Part shown: piece after piece, positions 9,957 through 17,981 of the stretch
Numbering within the stretch: the first letter of the stretch is position 1
Layout of the letters: every line of letters starts with the position of its first letter
Source: Candidatus Hadarchaeota archaeon
Lineage (GTDB): Archaea > Hadarchaeota > Hadarchaeia > Hadarchaeales > JAGGTB01
Assembly (NCBI GenBank): GCA_964399085.1
Contig: CAYNPN010000002.1
Coordinates: 9,237 to 73,236, forward strand
Length of the DNA: 64,000 nt
Direction of reading: 5' to 3'
Translations under genes and position numbers: made by a program
Notes under the pieces: generated by a model
What the model was told of the DNA's origin: nothing
Databases searched by the model: none
Seen by the model: only the letters and a program-made list of their open reading frames with translations

Positions 9957-11012
9957 TTGCCCCATTCTAATGCAACGGTACCTATGCCGAGGAGACGGAA
10001 GCAGAAGAGGCTCGAGAAGTTCATCGACGAGCTCAAGAGCGGCGAGATCGACTACGAGCCGCCCGAGGAGGCGGATTCCGGGGTCGACTGGTCGAGCTAC
10101 GACGGGGCTCAAGTGAACGAACTCAAGGACATGCTCTCGTTCGTCAAAAAGAGCGTGGACGAGGCAGTCGAGAGACTTGGCTTCGATAATGACTCCGAGG
10201 GTCGCGGGAGACCCTCCTACCCGGCGGATGACCTGGCGAAGGGAGTCCTCCTGCAGCAGTGCTTCGACGTCTCGAACCGCGTCGCGGCGGGGTTCGTGGA
10301 ACTTTTCAAGGAGAAGCTGGGAATCGAGGAGGCATATTCCTACAAGACCCTCGAGAGGGCTTACGACGACCCCGACGTTGCGATGATCCTGAGGGAGGTC
10401 TTCGAGATGAGCCAGGAGCCGGTCGAGGACGAGGAGTCGGAGTTTTCCCCGGACGGTACCGGGATACCGAACTCGATCAAGGGGAACTGGGAGAGGGAGA
10501 AAAATTCCGAAGGGGGCGATCAAGAAAAGTTCACCCAGATGGTGGCGATGGTAGGAGCCACCTATCAGTTCCTGTCGAGCGTTGAGTTCCCTCGAAACCC
10601 TCAAGCTCACGAATCTCCCTACTTCGAGTCCTTGCTCGAGGAGACCGCCGAAAGGTACGCACAGATCGACATAGTCAGCGCCGACGCGGCTTACCTGTCC
10701 AGGGAAAACTGCGACCTCGTCGAGGAGAAGGGGGGAATGCCCCGCATCTACCCGAGGAAGGGGACCACTCTGAAGAGAAAGGGATCCTGGGCTTGGACCG
10801 AGATGTTGCTCGACTTCATGGATGATCCTCATAAGTGGCTCAGGGAGTACCACATCAGGTCGAACGCCGAATCCGGTTTCTCCGCGTTCAAGAGGAACTT
10901 CTTAGCCCCGCTCAGGAAGTGTATCGGTCGCAGGAGGAAGACGGAAGCCTTCGCCAGAGCCTGCTACATGCGGCGCCGCGAAGGATTGACGGCGTCCTGG
11001 ATGGCAGGTTAA
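9957..11012 (+). CDS. DDE transposase
   Basis: Candidate DDE residues in FSPDGTGIP, VSADAAYLS and YHIRSNAESGFSAFK, the last giving exact Y-2-R-3-E-6-K spacing; 351 aa, acidic. Confidence 0.85.
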   Translation: MPHSNATVPMPRRRKQKRLEKFIDELKSGEIDYEPPEEADSGVDWSSYDGAQVNELKDMLSFVKKSVDEAVERLGFDNDSEGRGRPSYPADDLAKGVLLQQCFDVSNRVAAGFVELFKEKLGIEEAYSYKTLERAYDDPDVAMILREVFEMSQEPVEDEESEFSPDGTGIPNSIKGNWEREKNSEGGDQEKFTQMVAMVGATYQFLSSVEFPRNPQAHESPYFESLLEETAERYAQIDIVSADAAYLSRENCDLVEEKGGMPRIYPRKGTTLKRKGSWAWTEMLLDFMDDPHKWLREYHIRSNAESGFSAFKRNFLAPLRKCIGRRRKTEAFARACYMRRREGLTASWMAG

Positions 11013-11119
11013 CTTTTTTGTCCCAAGCCCACGGAAATCGGAAAACTTTTAAGTTCGAAAAAAAAAGCAAATGGATTCGAGCAAAAGGGGGAGGTGAAAA
11101 AATTAATAAGTTTGCCAAA

Positions 11120-11380
11120 ATGGGGGGACTAGTCCTACCGCTTCTACTGCTCATGACTGCTCTTTCAGTCCCTGTAGCCTTTGCCGACTCCGACTGTTCC
11201 TATTGTCCTCAGGAGGAAAAGGACCGTCGTTCGCGATCGAAAGTACCTCGACGTTCTAGGGCTAATCTCTCGTTCTTCGAAAAGCATCTCCAACTGAGAA
11301 ACGGAGAACTGTTCATCTCGGCATCTCGAACTGCGGCTCTCAGAAAGGGAATTTCCGACGGAGTGTTTTCAAAATTTTAG
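11120..11380 (+). CDS. small secreted protein (signal peptide)
   Basis: MGGLVLPLLLLMTALSVPVAFA|DSDCSYCP... The ORF-track ORF starts inside the IS at 10835, so the real start is taken as the first ATG after IRR. It ends in a TAG that is in frame with the next ORF. Confidence 0.45.
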   Translation: MGGLVLPLLLLMTALSVPVAFADSDCSYCPQEEKDRRSRSKVPRRSRANLSFFEKHLQLRNGELFISASRTAALRKGISDGVFSKF

Positions 11381-11395
11381 CAGGCTGTCAAAGAG

Positions 11396-11839
11396 ATGAA
11401 TGAGATGAAGGAAGAAGGACTCCTTACCTTCGAGAAGGAGAAAGGCATGGTTATGATCAATTCCACGGACAAGCTGGAGAAGAAGGTTGATTCAATGTTT
11501 GCGGAGGAAGGGCCTTCTATAGCCGCTACTTCTTCGTGCGGAGGAGTGACTAAAGTGGAAAGAGTAAACCACTGGTGGGGCTGGTCTAACCAAGTCTGGT
11601 TGAATTCTTGCGATGCTTCCCGTATGGCCACTGCATTAGGTGGAGCGTCAGCGCCCGAGGGTATTATCGGTGCTATTTTGGGTGGAGGTGTGCCTGCTAT
11701 AGTGATAACAGTTTTTTCTGTTTACGCGGGATACCTTGCCTGGCAAATTCCCCTCCATAATAATGGAACTGGCGTAGTAATAAGTTTCGATAGTACTTGG
11801 GTTGTTCCTAACCCGGTGCCCAATGTCTATTCCCAGTGA
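11396..11839 (+). CDS. hypothetical protein with Trp-rich segment and Gly-zipper TM helix
   Basis: NHWWGWSNQVWLNSC followed by GIIGAILGGGVPAIVITVFSVYAGYLAW; 147 aa; no family recognised. Confidence 0.5.
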   Translation: MNEMKEEGLLTFEKEKGMVMINSTDKLEKKVDSMFAEEGPSIAATSSCGGVTKVERVNHWWGWSNQVWLNSCDASRMATALGGASAPEGIIGAILGGGVPAIVITVFSVYAGYLAWQIPLHNNGTGVVISFDSTWVVPNPVPNVYSQ

Positions 11840-11947
11840 GGAGAATAGAGATTTCGGAATACTTTTTTTCCCTTTTTATTATTTTAATCTCCTATCTCGT
11901 AATTGTAAAAATTAGTTAAATCAGAAAAATAGAGGGAGGTGATAACC

Positions 11948-12157
11948 ATGGAAAGAGGAGTAGAAGAAAATACCATTAGTTGTATAGTATTTGCCTTTGC
12001 TGCCTTCGTTTTCGGTTATATGCTCTTTGTAGATGGTGTCAACCTTTTCACTAATGTGGAGGCACGGAACAGTTTCTTGTTTGCCCTTTTCGGATACAGC
12101 GCTATTCACCGTGGTATTCGGGCTTACAGAAAGAATAAAGAAATTTCTGCCGATTAA
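11948..12157 (+). CDS. small 2-TM membrane protein (paralogue of 12217..12438)
   Basis: ATG at 11948 preceded by GGGAGGTGA. Two hydrophobic helices and a basic C-terminus AIHRGIRAYRKNKE. Confidence 0.5.
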   Translation: MERGVEENTISCIVFAFAAFVFGYMLFVDGVNLFTNVEARNSFLFALFGYSAIHRGIRAYRKNKEISAD

Positions 12158-12216
12158 AATGGAGTCAGTACTTGAGAAAAAATATTAGGAGAACGGATAG
12201 CAAAGGGGATAAAATT

Positions 12217-12438
12217 ATGAAAGATGAAATAAAAGGCGATGTTATCAACGATGTTGTCTTGGCTATAGTAATGGCCGTCCTCGCCCTTTCTTGGATTTAC
12301 TTTCTCTCGACCGGATATAATGTCAATTTCCTAGAGTATGAGACGATTAGTTGTATACTGATTGGAGCAAATATAACGGCGAGCATTTTCTCCGCACACC
12401 GGGCATATAAGAGGAGTCAGGAGAATCTTTGCGACTGA
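12217..12438 (+). CDS. small 2-TM membrane protein (paralogue of 11948..12157)
   Basis: ATG at 12217 preceded by AAGGGGAT. Shares the TISCI motif and the C-terminal SAHRAYKRSQE with the preceding gene. Confidence 0.5.
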   Translation: MKDEIKGDVINDVVLAIVMAVLALSWIYFLSTGYNVNFLEYETISCILIGANITASIFSAHRAYKRSQENLCD

Positions 12439-12663
12439 GAGAGGTTGGATGATTCATTACCTTGAGATTGCTGCCATTTCGAAGGCCAATGCCAAAATTC
12501 GGTGAGAGACCAAGAGGAACGACAATGATAATATTCGGCAACTCGCGTAAACCTCGAATATTTTTCAAACCGGCTTGATTAAAAAATCGATTTCAGTGCA
12601 ATTAATAATGGAATAATAATTTGCTGCAAAAGGTAAAGCAGCTTGCTTGATTTTGTAATTGAG

Positions 12664-13941
12664 TTAGGCCTCTCCCCTGAGATAATCTCTAACCATTTTC
12701 AGTGCACAGAACTCGGAACACATGCTGCACGTTTCAGGGTCTATTTCCGCGGGCCTTTCTGCCTTCAGCTCTCTGGCTTTCTCACTATCGACTGCGAGTT
12801 CGAATTGCTTCTCCCAGTCAAAATCTCTTCTTGCCTTGGAGATTTCTTCATCCATTTCCGTGTCTATACCTTCGGCGACGTCAGCTGCATGAGCCGCTAT
12901 TTTGGACGCTATTACACCCCGCTTCACGTCATTCAATGAGGGGAGACACAGGTGTTCGGATGGTGTCACGTAGCATAGAAAGTCGGCTCCTTTCCAAGCT
13001 GCGAGGGCCCCTCCGATAGCTCCAACTATGTGATCGTATCCGGGGGCAATATCCGTTACGATTGGTCCTAAAACGTAGAAGGGCGCATTGTCGCAAGCAA
13101 TTTTCTGAAGCTTCACGTTTGTCTCTATATGATCTAAGGGTAGATGTCCAGGACCTTCTACCATAGCCTGAATGTTTTTCTCTCTAGAGCGTTCGACCAG
13201 CTCGCCTAGTGTAAATAATTCCTGGAACTGGACTTGATCCGAAGCATCGGCTATGCAACCGGGCCGCATCCCGTCCCCCAGGCTCAGCGTTAGATCGAAT
13301 TCCTGGGCTAACTCGAGGAGGTAGTCAAACTCGCTGTAGAGCGGGTTTTCTTCTTCGTTGTGGATCATCCAGGCGGCCAAGAATGAGCCCCCTCTACTTA
13401 CAAATTCCATCAACCGGCCTTTCTCACGCAGAGTCTCGACTGTATCCCGCTTAACACCGCTGTGGACGGTTACAAAATCGACGCCGTCTTCGGCGTGTTT
13501 CCTAATGGCGTTGAAGATATCATCGGAGCTCATCTCGATTACGCTTTCGCTGGCAACGCTTATTCCGGCCTCATATATTGGGACTGTTCCTATGGGAACA
13601 TCTACAGATGATATTATTTCTTGCCGGACTTCATCCAAATTTCCCCCAATGCTCAAATCCATGACCGTGTCAGCACCATATTCCACCGCAATCTCTGCCT
13701 TTTCGACTTCTTTCTTAGCATTGGAGTAATCGGGTGAAGTTCCGACATTTGCGTTAATTTTCGTCCGAAGTCCTTTCCCAATCCCGATGGGTTCGATTTC
13801 ATCCCTTTTCGAGTTTTTAGGAATGACGATTTCTCCAGCAGCCACCCTTTTGACTATATCTTCTGGGGATTCGTCTTCCTCCCGAGATATTTTTTTCATT
13901 TCCTCCGTGGCTTCCCCTCGTTTAGCTTCCTTTAGTTGCAT
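12664..13941 (-). CDS. thiC: phosphomethylpyrimidine synthase
   Basis: TVMDLSIGG, VEGPGHLPL, C-terminal CSMCSEFCA radical-SAM cluster motif; 425 aa. Confidence 0.92.
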   Translation of the reverse strand: MQLKEAKRGEATEEMKKISREEDESPEDIVKRVAAGEIVIPKNSKRDEIEPIGIGKGLRTKINANVGTSPDYSNAKKEVEKAEIAVEYGADTVMDLSIGGNLDEVRQEIISSVDVPIGTVPIYEAGISVASESVIEMSSDDIFNAIRKHAEDGVDFVTVHSGVKRDTVETLREKGRLMEFVSRGGSFLAAWMIHNEEENPLYSEFDYLLELAQEFDLTLSLGDGMRPGCIADASDQVQFQELFTLGELVERSREKNIQAMVEGPGHLPLDHIETNVKLQKIACDNAPFYVLGPIVTDIAPGYDHIVGAIGGALAAWKGADFLCYVTPSEHLCLPSLNDVKRGVIASKIAAHAADVAEGIDTEMDEEISKARRDFDWEKQFELAVDSEKARELKAERPAEIDPETCSMCSEFCALKMVRDYLRGEA

Positions 13942-14000
13942 CTTATATCCTCAAGTGTGGTTTAGCGTGCAAGTTAAATAACTATGAGGCAAAGCCAAAA

Positions 14001-14807
14001 ATGGTAATTATGCCCCCAATTGCTCTGATAACTGATTTTGGAGAGGAGGATTTCTATGTGGGAGCAATGAGAGGAGCGATACTTTCCATCAATCCCGAGG
14101 CTAATATCGTCGATATAACACACTACATTCCAAAACATGATGTCCGAACTGCTTCTTTTATCATCGCAAATGCCGCCGAGACTTTTCCGGAGGGCTCGAT
14201 TTTTATAGCCGTCATTGATCCGGGTGTCGGCACGAAGAGGCGTTGCATTTCTCTCAGAACCGAAAATGGTCTTTATTTTGTCGGGCCCGACAACGGGGTC
14301 TTCACTTTGCCCGCCGAGGAATTCGGCGTCGACGAGATTAGGGAAGTATCCAATAGAGAGTTGATGAGGGCCGATGTTTCCTCTACTTTCCACGGCCGAG
14401 ATATAATGGCTCCGGTTGGAGCTCATTTAAGCATTGGAACCGGGTTTTCGAGAGTAGGACCGGGAATTGAGGACATGAAACTTTTGGAGATTGAAGGACC
14501 CAGGCTGTCAGGCGGAGAGATTCAGGGCGAGATTTTGAGGATAGATGATTTTGGGAATTTAGTAACCAATGTGAAAGAGGATCTCATCAAAGAATTGGGG
14601 AGACCCGGAACCACTTTTATAATTCAAATAGAAGGAGAGGAATTAGAGGTCCCTTTCGTGAAAACTTTCGGAGAGGTGCCGAAGGGCGAAGAACTTTGCT
14701 ACCTAGGAAGTGCTAACTTATTAGAAATCGCAAAGAATCAAGGAAATTTGGCACACGATTTGAATCTTGAGAAAGAGGATGAGTTAAATATGAGGATTAC
14801 CCGTTAA
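14001..14807 (+). CDS. SAM hydroxide adenosyltransferase family (DUF62, fluorinase/chlorinase-like)
   Basis: IALITDFGEEDFYVGAMRGAILSINPEANIVDITHYIPKHDV and FIAVIDPGVGT motifs. Confidence 0.8.
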   Translation: MVIMPPIALITDFGEEDFYVGAMRGAILSINPEANIVDITHYIPKHDVRTASFIIANAAETFPEGSIFIAVIDPGVGTKRRCISLRTENGLYFVGPDNGVFTLPAEEFGVDEIREVSNRELMRADVSSTFHGRDIMAPVGAHLSIGTGFSRVGPGIEDMKLLEIEGPRLSGGEIQGEILRIDDFGNLVTNVKEDLIKELGRPGTTFIIQIEGEELEVPFVKTFGEVPKGEELCYLGSANLLEIAKNQGNLAHDLNLEKEDELNMRITR

Positions 14808-14824
14808 AAATGGTTTGAAATTAA

Positions 14825-15373
<549 letters not shown>

Positions 15374-15377
15374 TTCT

Positions 15378-15683
15378 CTAGGAATCTAAACCTTCATATA
15401 GGTATTTTTCAAGATCGACTTTCCCTGATTTTATTTCGACTCCTTCGCTTCTAAGTAGCTCCTTTTTCTTCTCCCTACCTCGAGCATATTCTCCGATATC
15501 ACCGCTGGATTTAACCACTCTATGGCAGGGAATTTTGACGGGCTTAGGATTACTCGCCAAAGCATTTCCAACTGCGCGATAAGCCTTCGGATTCCCCGTG
15601 GCTTCGGCAATCTTTTTGTAGGTAGTAACCTTGCCTTCGGGGATTTCGGAGACTAATTCTAGAACTTCTTCTTGGAAGGGCAT
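15378..15683 (-). CDS. MGMT-family DNA-binding/alkyltransferase domain protein (C-terminal domain only)
   Basis: VTTYKKIA...NPKAYRAVGNALASNP..IPCHRVV active-site motif; only 101 aa. Confidence 0.75.
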   Translation of the reverse strand: MPFQEEVLELVSEIPEGKVTTYKKIAEATGNPKAYRAVGNALASNPKPVKIPCHRVVKSSGDIGEYARGREKKKELLRSEGVEIKSGKVDLEKYLYEGLDS

Positions 15684-15795
15684 ACTAATTCAAAGTTATG
15701 CTGAAATATCAAATAACTATTGGATGCTACCTAATCTGAAAGATTCCAATATACCAAATAAGAATAAACTCCAATAGTAGTCTTCGAGGGATAGA

Positions 15796-16851
15796 ATGCT
15801 GGAGATTGATGGTTCTATGGGAGAGGGAGGTGGCTCGGTCCTTAGACTATCCTTGGCTTTGGCCTCCGTGAAGAAAGAGCCGATAAGGATTTTCAACATT
15901 CGTGCCAATAGATCGAAACCCGGGTTGGCTAATCAACATTTGAGTGCGCTTGAGGCCCTAGCCGAACTCACCAATGCTGAGGTGGAGGGTGCAGAAATAG
16001 AGTCGGAAGAGGTAGTCTTTCGGCCAGATGAACCCGAGGGGGGAAGGATTGAGGTGGATATAGGCACGGCCGGCAGCACGACTCTGATATTGCAAGCCAT
16101 GATGATTCCGGCAGCCTTTGCAAAAAAGCCGTTGGAACTAGAGGTTAAAGGGGGCACGGACAATCCTTTCGCACCTCCCATTGATTATCTCAAAAATGTA
16201 ACCCTACCGATGCTTCGTAAGATGGGATATCAGGGAAAAGTTGAGTGCGTGAGGCGAGGGCATTATCCCAAGGGAGGAGGTAAAATCAGCGCCGAGATCC
16301 GACCCGTAGAAGCCCTCCACCCGATTACCTTGACAAATTTTGGTGAAGTAGATACTATTTCGGGTAGGTCTCACTGTGTGAAGCTTCCTGACCATATAGC
16401 CAAGCGACAAGCCAACTCAGCCGAGGAGAGACTGAAGGAGGCAGGTTACGATTCCGATATAAAAACGGAATACTACGAGAAGTCCGAGGACCCCCACCTT
16501 AGTCCGGGAACGGGAATAGTGCTCTGGGCTAAATCCGATGAAGGGAGTATTTTGGGTTCCAACGCCTTGGGAGAAAAGGGAAAGCCGGCCGAAAAAGTTG
16601 GAAAGGAAGCTGCGGATGAATTAATAAAACAGATAAGAACTGGTAAAGCGGTAGATCTCCACATGAGCGATCAGATTCTGCCGTACATGGCATTGGCCCC
16701 AGGGAAATCCGAAATAACGAGCACCGAACTGACGAGCCACACTTTGACAAATCTGAGCTTGTTGGAGAAGATATTGGCCATCGATTTTGATATAACCGGC
16801 GATGAAGGAGAACCCGGAAGAATACGAGTTGAAGGTTCTCCAATTTCTTAG
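15796..16851 (+). CDS. rtcA: RNA 3'-terminal phosphate cyclase
   Basis: IDGSMGEGGGSVLRLSLALAS, NQHLSAL, GSTTLILQAMM, DLHMSDQILPY motifs. Confidence 0.9.
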   Translation: MLEIDGSMGEGGGSVLRLSLALASVKKEPIRIFNIRANRSKPGLANQHLSALEALAELTNAEVEGAEIESEEVVFRPDEPEGGRIEVDIGTAGSTTLILQAMMIPAAFAKKPLELEVKGGTDNPFAPPIDYLKNVTLPMLRKMGYQGKVECVRRGHYPKGGGKISAEIRPVEALHPITLTNFGEVDTISGRSHCVKLPDHIAKRQANSAEERLKEAGYDSDIKTEYYEKSEDPHLSPGTGIVLWAKSDEGSILGSNALGEKGKPAEKVGKEAADELIKQIRTGKAVDLHMSDQILPYMALAPGKSEITSTELTSHTLTNLSLLEKILAIDFDITGDEGEPGRIRVEGSPIS

Positions 16852-16934
16852 TAATTTTCTCTTTTCGTACTTCGTAATAATTTCCCCCCGTTTTTTTCTT
16901 TTTAAATGAATATCTGCTCAAGAACAGTTAGGGG

Positions 16935-17195
16935 ATGAATAAAACCATATTTGCAGTAATTATCGTAGCAATCGTGTGGCATCTCGGGTTAATAGGTATT
17001 AGGATATATCTGAAATATAGTCGAAAAAGAGACCCTTTTAAGAGAGTTTTACGTCTGGTAGAGCTTGATTTGTTGGAAAGTTTGAGAGAGATGGTAATAG
17101 AAATTCTTGAAGAAGATTCGGTAGAAGTTCCCTCCCACATACAGTTAGAAGAGATTGAGGAATGGTTGAAGAAAGTGAGGAAACATGACGAATAA
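16935..17195 (+). CDS. small N-terminally TM-anchored acidic protein (first gene of pil-like operon)
   Basis: MNKTIFAVIIVAIVWHLGLIGIRIYL then an acidic helix. Its 3' end overlaps the next gene. Confidence 0.5.
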   Translation: MNKTIFAVIIVAIVWHLGLIGIRIYLKYSRKRDPFKRVLRLVELDLLESLREMVIEILEEDSVEVPSHIQLEEIEEWLKKVRKHDE

Positions 17196-17751
17196 TCCTT
17201 TGGACAAATCTTTTGACCTTATTGAAGAGCTGTTGGAACTTGACCCCGGGAATGTTAAGAAAGGAAGTAAGCTCGGAGAGGAACTGGTTGAATCCACTAG
17301 AAAAATCAAGACCTCTATTTCCGAACAAAAAACAGAGGAAGATTTACGCGAAATTCTTTCCAGCCTCCGGAATTGTTGCTCAAGATTATCTAGAGATGTT
17401 TTGAATATTGAGGAAAAATCCCTGAACAGCGATTGGGAAAGATTTGCAAAACAAGATTTTTCGAGATTGAAAGATGTGGTCCTATCTCTGAAGGAGTTTC
17501 TTGTGAGTAATGAGAGCGCCATCCGTAAGGAATTTTACGAAGCGAAGTACGGGATGGACGTAAGAGAACTGATTCTTGAGATAACTGGAGAGGAGAATGT
17601 AGATAATGTGACTCAAGCTCGACTTTCCAGTTTGGTCGATGATATGGAGGAGGATAAACTTCAGGCAAAGGTGGAAAAACACGAGGAGAGACTACAGAGA
17701 ATTTATAAATGGCTTCTGATGCTGAGGGAGGTCAAGAATGTCGGAAATTGA
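17185..17751 (+). CDS. coiled-coil protein, unknown function
   Basis: 188 aa, E/K/L-rich heptad-like sequence; start overlaps the previous stop and end overlaps the next start. Confidence 0.55.
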   Translation: MTNNPLDKSFDLIEELLELDPGNVKKGSKLGEELVESTRKIKTSISEQKTEEDLREILSSLRNCCSRLSRDVLNIEEKSLNSDWERFAKQDFSRLKDVVLSLKEFLVSNESAIRKEFYEAKYGMDVRELILEITGEENVDNVTQARLSSLVDDMEEDKLQAKVEKHEERLQRIYKWLLMLREVKNVGN

Positions 17752-17968
17752 AGAAAATGATAAAGACATTCTATCTTCCCATGCCAAGTGGATTAGGGAA
17801 CTTCAAGAGTCCCTCAAGGTTCTAAAGCAAGATGTCTCCTTGCTTGAGGATAGGGTTTCGGCCTTTGAAAATGAGATAGCCGAAATGTCGAAGGTTCACA
17901 GAAAATTGATGAATAAAGTTGACGATCTGTCCGCCGAAATAGATAGGAAATCCGCTGAATCCGAGTAG
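17738..17968 (+). CDS. small coiled-coil protein, unknown function
   Basis: 76 aa, LQESLKVLKQDVSLLEDRVSAFENEIAEM; overlaps the previous gene by 14 nt. Confidence 0.5.
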   Translation: MSEIEENDKDILSSHAKWIRELQESLKVLKQDVSLLEDRVSAFENEIAEMSKVHRKLMNKVDDLSAEIDRKSAESE

Positions 17969-17981
17969 AAATCTGAGGTCG

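Larger units (their letters stand above)
9610..11030 (+). mobile_element. complete insertion sequence (IS4/IS5-superfamily DDE, YREK type), 1421 bp
   Basis: 16-bp perfect terminal inverted repeats GGGCTTGGGACAAAAA (9610-9625) and TTTTTGTCCCAAGCCC (11015-11030). These are flanked by a direct 9-bp duplication ACGGAAATC (9601-9609, 11031-11039). The transposase segment is visibly more GC-rich than its surroundings. Confidence 0.88.

Noticed and set aside
9948-10853. 301-aa minus-strand ORF overlapping the transposase gene
   Set aside because: It is fully antisense to a transposase with clear DDE/YREK motifs. Its product is R/L/P/G-rich low-complexity sequence, as expected for a shadow ORF in a GC-rich segment.
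10835-11380. 181-aa ORF-track ORF starting inside the IS
   Set aside because: Its first 95 codons overlap the transposase 3' end and cross the right inverted repeat. Only the part from the ATG at 11120 (signal peptide) is plausible.
13942-14000. TPP riboswitch upstream of thiC
   Set aside because: Only about 60 nt separate the thiC start from the divergent neighbouring gene. That is too short for a THI element, and no conserved CUGAGA-type box was seen.
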